From NCBI GenBank assembly GCA_965216635.1, contig OZ244188.1, forward strand, positions 1,600,001-1,664,000: DNA of 64,000 nt, given 5' to 3'. Of the stretch, positions 10,359 to 20,458 are shown in pieces. Source of the DNA: a bacterium (lineage in GTDB: Bacteria > SAR324 > XYD2-FULL-50-16 > G965216635). Position numbers and translations under genes: made by a program. Under the pieces are notes generated by a model. The model made no database searches. It saw only the letters and a program-made list of their open reading frames with translations, and was not told the origin of the DNA. Every line of letters begins with the position of its first letter. Positions within the stretch are counted from its first letter, which is position 1.

Positions 10359-10630
10359 AAAACAATCAGTTAAAATTATTTTGGGGATGCTTCTTACTCT
10401 TGTTTGTCTTTGGAGTGATTTTTTTAGCTACTCTTTTTCTTTTTGGAAAGAGCGAATATTTATTACTAGGAGCGATAGCTCAGGTAATGATTTTGGGTAA
10501 CTTTTTTCTTTGGCGCTATTCTGCGAAATGGCAAAAACTACTCCGCCGACCGCTACTATTATTTTTTGTTTATCTACTAAAAATCATTCTTTTTATAGCT
10601 ATACTAGCTGCCGCCTCCCATTTCTTTTAG
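10355..10630 (+). CDS. Small membrane protein, possibly ATP synthase I-like
   Basis: Three hydrophobic segments; ATGA overlap with the upstream gene. Confidence 0.55.
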   Translation: MKNNQLKLFWGCFLLLFVFGVIFLATLFLFGKSEYLLLGAIAQVMILGNFFLWRYSAKWQKLLRRPLLLFFVYLLKIILFIAILAAASHFF

Positions 10631-10798
10631 CAGTTTTTTTGGTTTTATTTATGCTTTTTATTTTTTGGGGACTTGACTTTAAAAGAAGAATTTGCCAAAA
10701 TAAGTTTGCCAAAATAAATTTGCCAAAATAAGTTTGATTGCTATGATGTTTTTAGGTAGAATTTGAATATTTTTAAGGTAAAAATCTCTTTTTTAGTA

Positions 10799-10827
10799 TT
10801 GACTCTAAGGGAGAATCATAATATTAT
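10799..10827 (+). promoter_or_regulatory. Putative sigma70 promoter of coiled-coil gene 1
   Basis: TTGACT-17 bp-TATTAT; a homologous copy lies at 11880-11908. Confidence 0.6.
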
Positions 10828-10895
10828 AAGGTTTTTAGATAGATTTTAGATCTATATTTTCTTTTTTCTGTGTTTAATTTAAATTGAAAAATAAA

Positions 10896-11462
10896 ATGTT
10901 AAGAACAGCTACAGCACAAAAATTCACTTCTACCAAAATCTACGATCTTTTGATTGGACTAGGTGCAGAAAAAAAGAGAGCAGAGATTGCTATTGGAGAG
11001 TTTGTAGATTTGGTCCCAAAAGCTTTGGCTTCTAGTGCAGCAGAAACGGGTTTGGATACCACTCTTCCTACGGATAAAGGGGATATCTGGAGATTGGAAT
11101 CCATCATTTCAGAGAACAAAAACGACTTGACAAGAATAATAACAGACAACAGAAACGACCTAGAAAAAATAATAACAGACAACAGAAACGACCTAGAAAA
11201 AATAATAACAAAAAACAGAAACGACCTAGAAAAAATAATAACAGACAACAGAAACGACCTAGAAAAAATAATAACAAAAAATAAAAATGATACAGACAGA
11301 ACAATAACAGACAACAAAAACGATACAGACTTAAAAATAGAAAGAATGAGAACAGAAGCAGAAAAACACAAAAACGCTTTATTGATTATAGGAATTTCAA
11401 CACAGCTAGCAGTTGGTGGGCTGGTTGTGGCTGTATTACAGCTTTTAAAAGTTTTGAGTTAA
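10896..11462 (+). CDS. Head-neck-coiled-coil-TM protein with 11-residue repeats (DUF1640/CCDC90/Bdr-like), copy 1
   Basis: ATG at 10896 matches the paralog start MLRT; DKGDI neck, (DLEKIITDNRN)n stalk and C-terminal hydrophobic anchor. Confidence 0.75.
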   Translation: MLRTATAQKFTSTKIYDLLIGLGAEKKRAEIAIGEFVDLVPKALASSAAETGLDTTLPTDKGDIWRLESIISENKNDLTRIITDNRNDLEKIITDNRNDLEKIITKNRNDLEKIITDNRNDLEKIITKNKNDTDRTITDNKNDTDLKIERMRTEAEKHKNALLIIGISTQLAVGGLVVAVLQLLKVLS

Positions 11463-11504
11463 TAAAGTAGCAGAAAAGTTTAGCTTAGCTGCAAAATGTA
11501 TTTT

Positions 11505-11840
11505 GGTGAGGGGATATTTTTTTCCCCCTAACCTGAAGGGGACATTTTTTTTTCAATTATTTCTGTAGGGGCTGTTTTTTTTCCCAACCTGTAGGGGATG
11601 TTTTTTAAAAACCCGTCCCACAAATAAAATTAGGCATTATAGGAAGGCTAGGCAAGACAAAAAAAAAATTTTAGCTCGCTGGAATATATGTAATATTTCA
11701 AGAGTTAAAATTTTTTTTTAACGCCGCATAGCCGAACTAGAATGTCTAATTCAGCAAAAAATGTGTCCCCGCATTCCACAAATACATCTTATTTAAGAAC
11801 GGGGACACATTTTTACTTTGTAAAAAAATGTCCCCTGCAA
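11505..11840. repeat. Cluster of GTAG-type REP-like palindromes plus an internal module of the MITE-like element
   Basis: GTAGGGGATGTTTTTTAAAAACCCGTCCC at 11591-11619; 15-bp IR aaaaatgtgtccccg/cggggacacattttt at 11757-11814; parts are repeated at 13503-13605 and 59515-59546. Confidence 0.7.
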
Positions 11841-11879
11841 TATTTTTGTTTTTTTATTGGTTTTATTGGTTTTTGAGTG

Positions 11880-11908
11880 TTGACTTTAAAGGAGCATTTG
11901 ATTATTAT
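11880..11908 (+). promoter_or_regulatory. Putative sigma70 promoter of OMP-like gene 1
   Basis: TTGACT-17 bp-TATTAT followed by a leader nearly identical to that of the gene at 10896. Confidence 0.6.
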
Positions 11909-11976
11909 GAAATTTTTAGATAGATTTTAGATCTATATTTTCTTTTTATCGTGTTTAATTTAAATTAAAAAACAAA

Positions 11977-13458
11977 ATGTCAAATAAAATTATAGGTAAA
12001 ATGCCAAATAAAATTATAGGTAAAATTACAGGTAAAAATTTTACTGGATCGGGTGCTGGTTCGTTTAAGGGTAGGTTTGCGGGCTCGGTTATGGGTAGGT
12101 TTGCGGGCTCGTTTATGGGTGTGTTTTTAGTAGGTTTGCTTTTTTCTCTTGTAGCAGGGGTAGGAAATTTACAGGCACAGGAGAGACAGCAGGGTTGGTT
12201 TGTGGGTGTTAGTCCTTTTGTGATGGATGTGAAGCTCAAAAAAACAAGCAGGATAAAAAAAACAAGCAGGATAACAGGTGAGGAAAGGACGCAAGGGCGC
12301 GAATTAGTAACTGAGGATGTAGGTGTTTTTGATGCGAATGCTATTAGCTACGACGCCACTGTGCCTAACTTTGATTTTAGTAACGTCTACAAACAACAAT
12401 TTGGGGGTCCTAATGACAACCAAGCAGTTGTTATTATTGCAATGGATCATGCTATATCCTTGTGCCAGAGCGGTGTAATACCCACAATAGCTACCCCAGA
12501 TACTGGTCACAGTAACTCACCTATCATATCTTTGAATAACTACGCCACAACGGACAACTTCACAGGTGATCTAGCTGATCTAAGGCAACTCTTACAAAAT
12601 ACACCAGCAACAACCATTGACACTGGAGCAGCAGCTCAAACTGCAGCAGCCCCTCTTTGTAAAACTTTTTTTAATTCTCCTTTAGATCCCTCTGATCCAG
12701 TGACAACCGTGCTCCCAGACATGATAAAAATACTACCAGAGGAAAGCATAGACTCAGACAATTCACCAAAACCCACAGACAAAACCACAGAAGAAACCTC
12801 AAACCTCAAGGGAACAGGAATCTCGTTCGGTTTTAACTTTGAAAAATACTCCGTGTCTTTTAACCAACTCCAATGGAGCGCAGGAGACGACAAACTGCAA
12901 GCCCAAGTGCTTTTAGCCCGTTACTTTCTACCCAACGGTCTTTCTGTAGGAGGTGGTTTAGCGAGCGCAAAGCTAGACACTTCTTTTGGCTCGGCGTCGG
13001 GCACAGCCCCCGCCTTGCATTTTGCCTACAATTATCCCGTTACAAAAAACTTGCAGATTCAGGTAGGTTTATTTTGGCTAGGGCTAGATCTTGCGGTAGC
13101 AGATACCCAGAGCACTAGTTCTGCTCCTATAACTACTACTTCTGCTCCTATAACTACTAGTTCTGGTCCTATAACTACTGCTCCTACTTTCCAAAGGAGA
13201 GCCATCGTTGGTCTGACGCGAGCCGTTGGAAACAACGCCAATAACTACCGGGCGAGATTCATTCCTTCTAGCAGCACTCCCTACGATACTAGAATAGTGG
13301 TTACTGCAACGATTCCCAGGGGAGTGAACAGAACAACGACTACCACTACTACAAAGACTGTCAGCACTACAAGGACTGAAAGCGAAACCCACCACCAAAC
13401 TGCAGAAATCAAAAACCCCGCCACCCTTAGCATAAAATTCATCTGGCGCTTTCGTTAA
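11977..13458 (+). CDS. Outer-membrane beta-barrel-like protein with two large insertions (family member 1)
   Basis: Long signal peptide ending NLQA, GWFVGV strand, amphipathic core (GISFGFNF..SVGGGLAS..SGTAPALHFAY), terminal strand LSIKFIWRFR; similar to 31303-32661 and 59860-61254. Confidence 0.75.
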   Translation: MSNKIIGKMPNKIIGKITGKNFTGSGAGSFKGRFAGSVMGRFAGSFMGVFLVGLLFSLVAGVGNLQAQERQQGWFVGVSPFVMDVKLKKTSRIKKTSRITGEERTQGRELVTEDVGVFDANAISYDATVPNFDFSNVYKQQFGGPNDNQAVVIIAMDHAISLCQSGVIPTIATPDTGHSNSPIISLNNYATTDNFTGDLADLRQLLQNTPATTIDTGAAAQTAAAPLCKTFFNSPLDPSDPVTTVLPDMIKILPEESIDSDNSPKPTDKTTEETSNLKGTGISFGFNFEKYSVSFNQLQWSAGDDKLQAQVLLARYFLPNGLSVGGGLASAKLDTSFGSASGTAPALHFAYNYPVTKNLQIQVGLFWLGLDLAVADTQSTSSAPITTTSAPITTSSGPITTAPTFQRRAIVGLTRAVGNNANNYRARFIPSSSTPYDTRIVVTATIPRGVNRTTTTTTTKTVSTTRTESETHHQTAEIKNPATLSIKFIWRFR

Positions 13459-13738
13459 GGAAGCTTCTGGAAAATGCCTATCATAAGGGAGCTTTAAAAA
13501 ATCTGAAGGGGATGTTTTTTAAAAACCCGTCCCCGCATTCCACCAAAAAATCTTATTTAAGAACGGGGACACATTTTTACTTTGTAAAAAAATGTCCCCT
13601 GCAATGCATTTGTTTTTTTATTTGGTTTTTTCTTTTTTGGGGACTTGACTTTAAAAGAAGAATTTGCCAAAATAAAACAGCCAAATAAAACAACCAGCTA
13701 TAAAAACTTTAAAAAAATAAAATGTTAAGAAATATAAA

Positions 13739-14359
13739 ATGTTAAGAACAACTACAGCACAAAAATTCACTTCTACCAAAATCTACGATCTTTTGATTGG
13801 ACTAGGTGCAGAAAAAAAGAGAGCAGAGATTGCTATTGGAGAGTTTGTAGATTTGGTCCCAAAAGCTTTGGCTTCTAGTGCAGCAGAAACGGGTTTGGAT
13901 GTCACTCTTCCTACGGACAAAGGGGATATCTGGAGATTAGAATCCATCATTTCAGAGAACAAAAACGACTTGACAAGAATAATAACAGACAACAGAAACG
14001 ACCTAGAAAAAAGTATAACAGACAACAGAAACGACCTAGAAAAAATAATAATAGACAACAGAAACGACCTGGAAAAAATAATAACAAAAAACAGAACCGA
14101 CCTAGAAAAAATAATAACAAAAAACAGAAACGACCTAGAAAAAATAATAACAGACAACAAAAACGAAACAAACCTAAAACTGAAAGATATTGAGAGTAAA
14201 ATCGTAGACAGCAATAACGCTACAGACTTAAAAATAGAAAGAATGAGAACAGAAGCAGAAAAACACAAAAACGCTCTATTGATTATAGGAATTTCAACAC
14301 AGCTAGCAGTTGGTGGGCTGGTTGTGGCTGTATTACAGCTTTTAAAAGTTTTGAGTTAG
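13739..14359 (+). CDS. Head-neck-coiled-coil-TM protein with 11-residue repeats (DUF1640/CCDC90/Bdr-like), copy 2
   Basis: N- and C-termini nearly identical to 10896-11462, with a different repeat composition. Confidence 0.75.
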   Translation: MLRTTTAQKFTSTKIYDLLIGLGAEKKRAEIAIGEFVDLVPKALASSAAETGLDVTLPTDKGDIWRLESIISENKNDLTRIITDNRNDLEKSITDNRNDLEKIIIDNRNDLEKIITKNRTDLEKIITKNRNDLEKIITDNKNETNLKLKDIESKIVDSNNATDLKIERMRTEAEKHKNALLIIGISTQLAVGGLVVAVLQLLKVLS

Positions 14360-14692
14360 AGTAAAAAGTTTAGCTTAGCTGCAAAATGTATTTTGGCGAG
14401 GGGATATTTTTTTGCTGGTATCTTCTCAGGATGCATGCCTTCCTAATAATGCTAAAGTTGGACAAATTTCAAATAGAGAAAAAATAATATGGTTTTTTTA
14501 TTTAGTTTTTTGTGATTTTTCCCTTTTTATTTTCACCTTTTTGTTTTTATCTTTTTGGTTTTTGCGCGCTTGGGCAACCATTGGGCAACCATTCGGAAAC
14601 CTGCGGGCCATACTCCCGAATCTCTCTGTGTTTGATTTGTAATCTGCTGCCTCTTAGTCACCTGATTTAGGCGCCTGATTTTGTCACCTGAT

Positions 14693-16114
14693 TTAGTCTA
14701 TGGGGGGAGTTAGTTTTTCTGCAATAAAGTTCTCTATTTTCAGCAAAGAAGCGTCTATTTTATAAACTCTTTGCTCTTTAGAAAAAAGCTGTTTTATGCT
14801 TGGTGGAAAAGAAATTTTCTTTTTTATGATTTTTTCTATAGGCTGATAATCCTTTACAGGATGGGCTGTAGCCAAGCAAATTGTTCTTTTAAGGTTTAAT
14901 TTTTCTGCTACGCTCACCCCTACCGCAGTATGAGTATCTAATAAATAATTCTCTTTTTCGTAGTATTTTTTAATTGTAGTCTCCACTTCTTTTTGCGTTG
15001 CAAAACCGCTCAAAAAATCCATTTGTATTTTCTTTTTCTGCTCCAAATTCAGCTGGAAAGATTTTTTTTCTTGGAGTTGCTGCATAAAATCTAACAGCAT
15101 TTTGCTATCTTGATTGCATAAGTAATACAAATATCTTTCAAAATTGCTAGCCTTTTGTATATCCATCGCTGGAGAAGAAGTTGCTATTGTTTTTTTTATA
15201 GAATAATTTCCTGTTTCTATGAGCCTAGTTAAAATATTATTTTCGTTTGTAGCTATGATAATTTTATCAATGGGTGCCCCCATTTTTTTAGCGAGGTAGC
15301 CTGCAAAGACACTCCCAAAGTTTCCAGTAGGAACGCAGAAATTAACCTTTTCTTTTGTAGTAAAATTTTTTTGAAATTGTAGAGCAGCATAAAAGTAATG
15401 TGTAATTTGAGCAAGAATCCTAGCCCAATTGATGGAATTGACAGCAGCTAGCGAGTATTTTTTTTTGAAGGCTAAATTTCCAAAAATTGCTTTAACTATA
15501 TTTTGACAATCGTCAAAGTCTCCATTTACTTCTAAATTAAAAACATTTTTATCTGAGACTGTGCTCATTTGCATCTTTTGAATAGGACTGATCTTTTCCT
15601 TTGGAAAGAGCATAAAAATAGCAAGGTTTTTTTTAGCTCTAATACTATCAATAGCAGCACTGCCTGTATCTCCAGAAGTAGCTCCAAGGATGTTGAGCTG
15701 TTTTTTTTCTCGGGGTTTGTTTTGTTTTATTAGGATAAATTCAAAAAGATTTCCTAAAAACTGCATAGCGTAGTCTTTAAAGGAAAGGGTGGGACCATAA
15801 AAAAGTTCAAGGACACTGTGTTGCTCTAAATGGACTAATTTTAGAGGTGGTTTTGGAAAAGTAAGGTAGGATTTTTTGATTAAAGAGCGAACTTCTTCTT
15901 TTTTATATTCGGCACCTAAAAAAGGAATGAATAGTTCTAATGCCAAGTTAGGATAGCTAAGTTCTGATAGTTTCTCTAAGGAATCTTTAAAATCGGGAAT
16001 TTGGCACGGGAGATACAATCCACCATCTGGAGCTAAACCTTCTATAACTACCTCAGAAAAGGATTTTAGCTTTGAGCGGTTAGGGGGTTTGTTTCTGGTA
16101 CTGAAATAATTCAT
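14693..16114 (-). CDS. thrC: Threonine synthase
   Basis: GLAPDGGLY, GPTLSFKD, ATSGDTG, NSINWAR and PTGNFG motifs. Confidence 0.95.
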   Translation of the reverse strand: MNYFSTRNKPPNRSKLKSFSEVVIEGLAPDGGLYLPCQIPDFKDSLEKLSELSYPNLALELFIPFLGAEYKKEEVRSLIKKSYLTFPKPPLKLVHLEQHSVLELFYGPTLSFKDYAMQFLGNLFEFILIKQNKPREKKQLNILGATSGDTGSAAIDSIRAKKNLAIFMLFPKEKISPIQKMQMSTVSDKNVFNLEVNGDFDDCQNIVKAIFGNLAFKKKYSLAAVNSINWARILAQITHYFYAALQFQKNFTTKEKVNFCVPTGNFGSVFAGYLAKKMGAPIDKIIIATNENNILTRLIETGNYSIKKTIATSSPAMDIQKASNFERYLYYLCNQDSKMLLDFMQQLQEKKSFQLNLEQKKKIQMDFLSGFATQKEVETTIKKYYEKENYLLDTHTAVGVSVAEKLNLKRTICLATAHPVKDYQPIEKIIKKKISFPPSIKQLFSKEQRVYKIDASLLKIENFIAEKLTPPID

Positions 16115-17145
16115 TAATGCCCACTAGAAGCGGAAAAAGTATAGTATTTACTAGCAGTAAGTTTGACTTTTTGATTTGTATGAAAACAATGATTTTTATC
16201 TGTTTTTACTTTAATAGTACAGCCGTCTTGCATTTTTACAAAAATATACTCTCTATCTCCCAAGTACTGAATGTGATTAATAATCCCATTATTGTTTGTT
16301 TCTTCTTTTTGTATAGCAATATCTTCTGGACGAATAATAATTCTTTCATTAGGCATTTGCTGTCTGTTGCCTTCTACAATAGATTGAAAACAACTACCTC
16401 TACCTTCATAACCCAAAATATTGGTCTCTCCCACAAAAGAAGCAACCCAATCAGAGGTAGGATTTTCATAGACATCCCTCGGAGAACCGTATTGTAAAAT
16501 TCTGCCATCCTTCATTAAAAAAACTTTATCAGAGAAAGAAAAAGCCTCCGATTGATCGTGGGTAACTAAAATAGCTGTCACCTTTTGTTCTCTGAGTATC
16601 AAATAAATCATTTCGCGAAGTTGAATGCGTAATTTGGCATCCAAGCTAGAAAAAGATTCATCTAAAAGAATAATTTTAGGTTTAGGAGCCAAAGCTCGTC
16701 CGACGGCTACCCGTTGCTGCTCGCCCCCAGATAGTTTATAGGGCATCGTTTTTTCTTTTCCGCTGAGTTTTAACATAGTGATAATTTTATAAACCTCTGT
16801 TTGGTTTTTCTTCACTCCTCCTCGTAGACCAAAGGCAATATTTTCTTCTACTGATAAGTGCGGAAATAAGGCGTAGTCTTGGAAAACCATGCCTATATTT
16901 CTTTTTTCAGGGGCTAGGGTGAATTTTTTATCAGATACTAAATTGCTGTTAATGTAAATAGAGCCATCGTCTATATCTTCTAATCCTGCAATTAATTTTA
17001 AAATAGTGGTTTTACCACAACCTGAAGGACCTAAAATAGAAACAAACTCTTGCTCTTGGATTTTCATATTTACAGACGAGATAATATCCAAGCCACTGAA
17101 AGATTTGCTTACTCCTTGTAATTTTATTGCTATATTTTTTGACAT
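16114..17145 (-). CDS. ABC transporter ATP-binding protein (FbpC/PotA-like, TOBE domain)
   Basis: GPSGCGKT, MVFQDYALFPH, LSGGEQQR and ILLDE motifs. Confidence 0.9.
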   Translation of the reverse strand: MSKNIAIKLQGVSKSFSGLDIISSVNMKIQEQEFVSILGPSGCGKTTILKLIAGLEDIDDGSIYINSNLVSDKKFTLAPEKRNIGMVFQDYALFPHLSVEENIAFGLRGGVKKNQTEVYKIITMLKLSGKEKTMPYKLSGGEQQRVAVGRALAPKPKIILLDESFSSLDAKLRIQLREMIYLILREQKVTAILVTHDQSEAFSFSDKVFLMKDGRILQYGSPRDVYENPTSDWVASFVGETNILGYEGRGSCFQSIVEGNRQQMPNERIIIRPEDIAIQKEETNNNGIINHIQYLGDREYIFVKMQDGCTIKVKTDKNHCFHTNQKVKLTASKYYTFSASSGH

Positions 17146-17241
17146 AAACGGAATTTTTATTTATAAATAAAACTTTCAAACAGGTTCACAAGACTAGTTA
17201 AAGACTATCTCAAACATTATTTCATTTGTCAATAAAAAATT

Positions 17242-18195
17242 ATGGGAGTTTTAAAAAAAGTTTTAATTTTAGGGAAGATTGCGGACGCGGGACTATCTTT
17301 ACTTAAAAGAAAAAAAAAACTCCAAGTGATTCAACTTTTAAACGAAGCCGCAACAGATGAAAAACAAATTCTTTACCACTTGAAAAATTGCAATGCCCTA
17401 TTGGTTAGAACTCAAAAAATCAAAGCAGAATGGTTAGAAGACGCAACAAAATTAGAAATTATCTCAAGACACGGCGTTGGATTAGATAATTTACCATTAG
17501 AGATAATCAAAAAAAAAAAAATTAGTTTAAAAACTGTAGGTGATGTCAATTCTATTGCCGTAGCAGAGCATATTATTTCTTTGATGCTTAGCTGTGCTAA
17601 AAAAACTTTTCAGTATTTTGAAGCTGCTAAAACTGGCAACTGGAGTATTCGCGATTCCGCACAAAGTTCGGAACTTTACGGAAAAAACCTACTTTTGCTA
17701 GGCTGCGGTAAAGTAGGCTCGCAAGTTTTAAAAAGATTGCAGGGTTTTGGGATGCATTTTTTTGTTTATGATCCTTATCTTTCCAAAAAACAAATAGTCA
17801 GTAATGAAACCAGCTATGAAGCTGAAAAAATAGTCCAACTAGACGTTGAAAATTTAGGAATAGCTGATTTTATTTTAATTTGTTGTCCCAAAACAGAAGA
17901 AACTAGAAATATGATAGACTCTAAACAACTAGCCCGTATAAAAAAAACTGCGATTCTTATCAATAGCGCCAGAGGTGGAATTGTAAATGAAGATGCTTTA
18001 TTTTCTGCCTTGAAAGAAAAAAAAATAGCCTTTGCTGGACTAGATGTTTTTGCAGAAGAGCCTTTAAAAAAAACAAGTAAATTGTGGCAACTAGAAAATA
18101 TTATTATCACCCCGCACTCTGCTTCTAAAACTAAAGAATGTATGCTGAGAACCTCTGTGCGAGCTGTGGAGAATATTATAGATTTTTTTGGCTGA
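17242..18195 (+). CDS. D-2-hydroxyacid dehydrogenase (SerA-like)
   Basis: RHGVGLDN, GCGKVG, INSARGG, LDVFAEEP and TPHSA motifs. Confidence 0.9.
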   Translation: MGVLKKVLILGKIADAGLSLLKRKKKLQVIQLLNEAATDEKQILYHLKNCNALLVRTQKIKAEWLEDATKLEIISRHGVGLDNLPLEIIKKKKISLKTVGDVNSIAVAEHIISLMLSCAKKTFQYFEAAKTGNWSIRDSAQSSELYGKNLLLLGCGKVGSQVLKRLQGFGMHFFVYDPYLSKKQIVSNETSYEAEKIVQLDVENLGIADFILICCPKTEETRNMIDSKQLARIKKTAILINSARGGIVNEDALFSALKEKKIAFAGLDVFAEEPLKKTSKLWQLENIIITPHSASKTKECMLRTSVRAVENIIDFFG

Positions 18196-18316
18196 TTTTT
18201 AAAAAAATTGAATTTTTTGCTAAAATATTTTTTTTTGTATATTCTTTGCAGAGTTTTACTTGCGGTTTATGAAAAGTACGTCTACAATGCACCTAGCATA
18301 TAAATTTTTACTTTAA

Positions 18317-18781
18317 ATGGATATTACTGATTATTGTACACCTGAAAATATTTATCTAGATTTAAAGCCTTGTAACAAATACGAGTGTATTGATAGACTT
18401 TTTAATTATCTTAAAAAAGATTATTCTTCCTCAAAGATTGCCTCCATTAGAGAAAGTCTCATCCACAGAGAAAAAATGTCTTCTACAGCTATTGGCAATC
18501 ATTTAGCTATTCCACACTGCCGAACAAATAAAGTTAGCAAACTCAATTTAAGAATTTTTCGTTCTACAAAACCCATCAATTTTGAAGCGCTAGACTCCGA
18601 GCCTGTGAGATTGTTTTTTTTACTGATATTTCCAGAGTCTGCGGGAACAGATCACTTGGTTTTACTCAGTAAAATTGCAAAAATTGGTAAAAACCCTGAT
18701 TGGATGACGTTGTTTTTAAAATCTCCAACCCAAAAAGATTTTTATAAGGAATTAGAAAATTTTGATAACAGTCAGAAATAA
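18317..18781 (+). CDS. PTS EIIA (fructose/mannitol/Ntr type)
   Basis: [18 protein letters not shown] motif. Confidence 0.88.
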   Translation: MDITDYCTPENIYLDLKPCNKYECIDRLFNYLKKDYSSSKIASIRESLIHREKMSSTAIGNHLAIPHCRTNKVSKLNLRIFRSTKPINFEALDSEPVRLFFLLIFPESAGTDHLVLLSKIAKIGKNPDWMTLFLKSPTQKDFYKELENFDNSQK

Positions 18782-18795
18782 AACTTTGTAAGAAT

Positions 18796-19215
18796 ATGAA
18801 ACTAGCTATTTTTTTGAGTAGTATTTTTTCTTTAGCAGCTACTTTAGGTAGTCTTTATTTTAGTGAAGTTTTAGGTTTTATGCCCTGTAAACTTTGTTGG
18901 TTTCAAAGAATTTTAATGTATCCTTTATTTTTAATTTTTTTATTCCAGCTAATTCAAAAACAGTATTGTTTATTTCCCGGTATTATTTTTTCTACACTGG
19001 GTTGGTTTTTATCTGCCTATCATTTCGCTTTACAAAACGAGTGGCTGGGAAATCAAGAAATTTCTTGTTCAACCATTAGTTGCGGTATAAAATATGTAGA
19101 GTATTATGGATTTATAACTATTCCCTTACTGGCTTTTATAGCTTTTAGTTTAATCAGCTTTTCTCTTATTTTTGGAAAATTGTTCCAACAGAAAAGCAGC
19201 GCCTTTACTTCCTAG
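18796..19215 (+). CDS. Disulfide bond formation protein (DsbB/BdbC family)
   Basis: [21 protein letters not shown] and GFITIP motifs. Confidence 0.88.
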   Translation: MKLAIFLSSIFSLAATLGSLYFSEVLGFMPCKLCWFQRILMYPLFLIFLFQLIQKQYCLFPGIIFSTLGWFLSAYHFALQNEWLGNQEISCSTISCGIKYVEYYGFITIPLLAFIAFSLISFSLIFGKLFQQKSSAFTS

Positions 19216-19684
19216 ACGCAGTAACTATCGCCAAAGCCTGTATCCCCTTTCCTTTTCCAAATTCGCTTAAACCTTCACCCGAAGTAGCTGTAATCCCAAC
19301 TGCAGAAATTGGTATTTTAACAATTTTGGCAACTGATTGTCGCATTTCTTTTATATGAGGAAGGAGTTTAGGTGTTTTACACTCTATACTAATGGCTATG
19401 TGGTCTATGTTCCAATCGGGCAAAAACTCTAAAGATTTTTGTAAATAAACTTTGCTATCTAAAATACCTTGTTTTAAACAAAGCTCGCAAGCAAGTTGCC
19501 CCAAAACAGGCACTCCACTAATGCTAGAAAAAGCATTGGTGATGGCGTGAAGCACTACATCTGCATCGCTATTGCCTTTTAAAGGTGGTACTCCTTTTAT
19601 ATTTAAACCTGCTAAAATAAATTTTTTTTGGTTATTGTCAAAATCAAAAATATGACTGTCTTGACCTAAACCTACTTTTATCAT
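19205..19684 (-). CDS. ispF: 2-C-methyl-D-erythritol 2,4-cyclodiphosphate synthase
   Basis: [17 protein letters not shown] and ATSGEGL motifs. Confidence 0.92.
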   Translation of the reverse strand: MIKVGLGQDSHIFDFDNNQKKFILAGLNIKGVPPLKGNSDADVVLHAITNAFSSISGVPVLGQLACELCLKQGILDSKVYLQKSLEFLPDWNIDHIAISIECKTPKLLPHIKEMRQSVAKIVKIPISAVGITATSGEGLSEFGKGKGIQALAIVTASRK

Positions 19685-19696
19685 TTACTGTTTTTA

Positions 19697-20434
19697 CTAA
19701 GCTAAAATTTTAAGATATTTTTGAATCGTATTTTTCCAACCCCACTTTAGAGACTCTGTCACAATAGCCTGTCCAATAGATACTTCTTTAAGGTTTTTGA
19801 GCCTTTTGATTTTTGGCAAGTTTTGTGAATTCAGATCGTGTCCAGCGTTTAAATCTATTCCTATTTCTGCTATTTTTTCGGAGGCTTGAACTAATTTTCC
19901 AAAATAAAATTCTTCTTTTTCACTTCCAAAATGCTGTGCATAAGGTCCTGTAAAAAGTTCTACTCTATCAGGAGCAATTTTTGTTAAAAGATCCCATTTA
20001 GAAAAATCTGCATCCATAAATAAACTCACTCTTATACCCAATGATTTTAATTCTAAAACTATATCTTTTAGGTAATTAGCATCTTTTTCTAAATCCCAGC
20101 CGTGATCAGAAGTTAGCTGTGTAGAAATATCTGGAACAAGGGTGCATTGTTGTGGTGATATTTTTCTCACTAGAGATATAAATCCTGGGTAGTTTTTTGT
20201 TGCTAAAGATTTTGGGTTGCCTTCTATATTGAATTCCACTTCTCTTATTTTAGCTTTAATTCTATAAACATCATCAGGAGTAATATGTCTTAAATCTGGT
20301 CTGGGGTGGACTGTAATGCCAGACACTCCGCATTCTATTGCAGAAAGAGCATACGCCAGAGGGTCTGGTTCTATACCTGCTCTTGCATTTCTAAGAAGTG
20401 CAATTTTATTGACGTTGATGCTTAGGGCTATCAT
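19697..20434 (-). CDS. pdxJ: Pyridoxine 5'-phosphate synthase
   Basis: LSINVNKIALLRNAR, ITVHPRPDLRH, NAGHDL and EVSIG motifs. Confidence 0.95.
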   Translation of the reverse strand: MIALSINVNKIALLRNARAGIEPDPLAYALSAIECGVSGITVHPRPDLRHITPDDVYRIKAKIREVEFNIEGNPKSLATKNYPGFISLVRKISPQQCTLVPDISTQLTSDHGWDLEKDANYLKDIVLELKSLGIRVSLFMDADFSKWDLLTKIAPDRVELFTGPYAQHFGSEKEEFYFGKLVQASEKIAEIGIDLNAGHDLNSQNLPKIKRLKNLKEVSIGQAIVTESLKWGWKNTIQKYLKILA

Positions 20435-20458
20435 AAAGATTAAGTGAGCAAAAAAAAT

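Noticed and set aside
10940..14268. Antisense hydrophobic ORFs 10940-11371, 11104-11304, 13783-14268 and 13947-14171
   Set aside because: Reverse-strand shadows of the A-rich 33-bp repeats.
14412..14698. 76-aa ORF and short 12-13-bp repeats (ttgggcaacca, cacctgattt)
   Set aside because: No recognisable protein or RNA motif; probably further slippage products.
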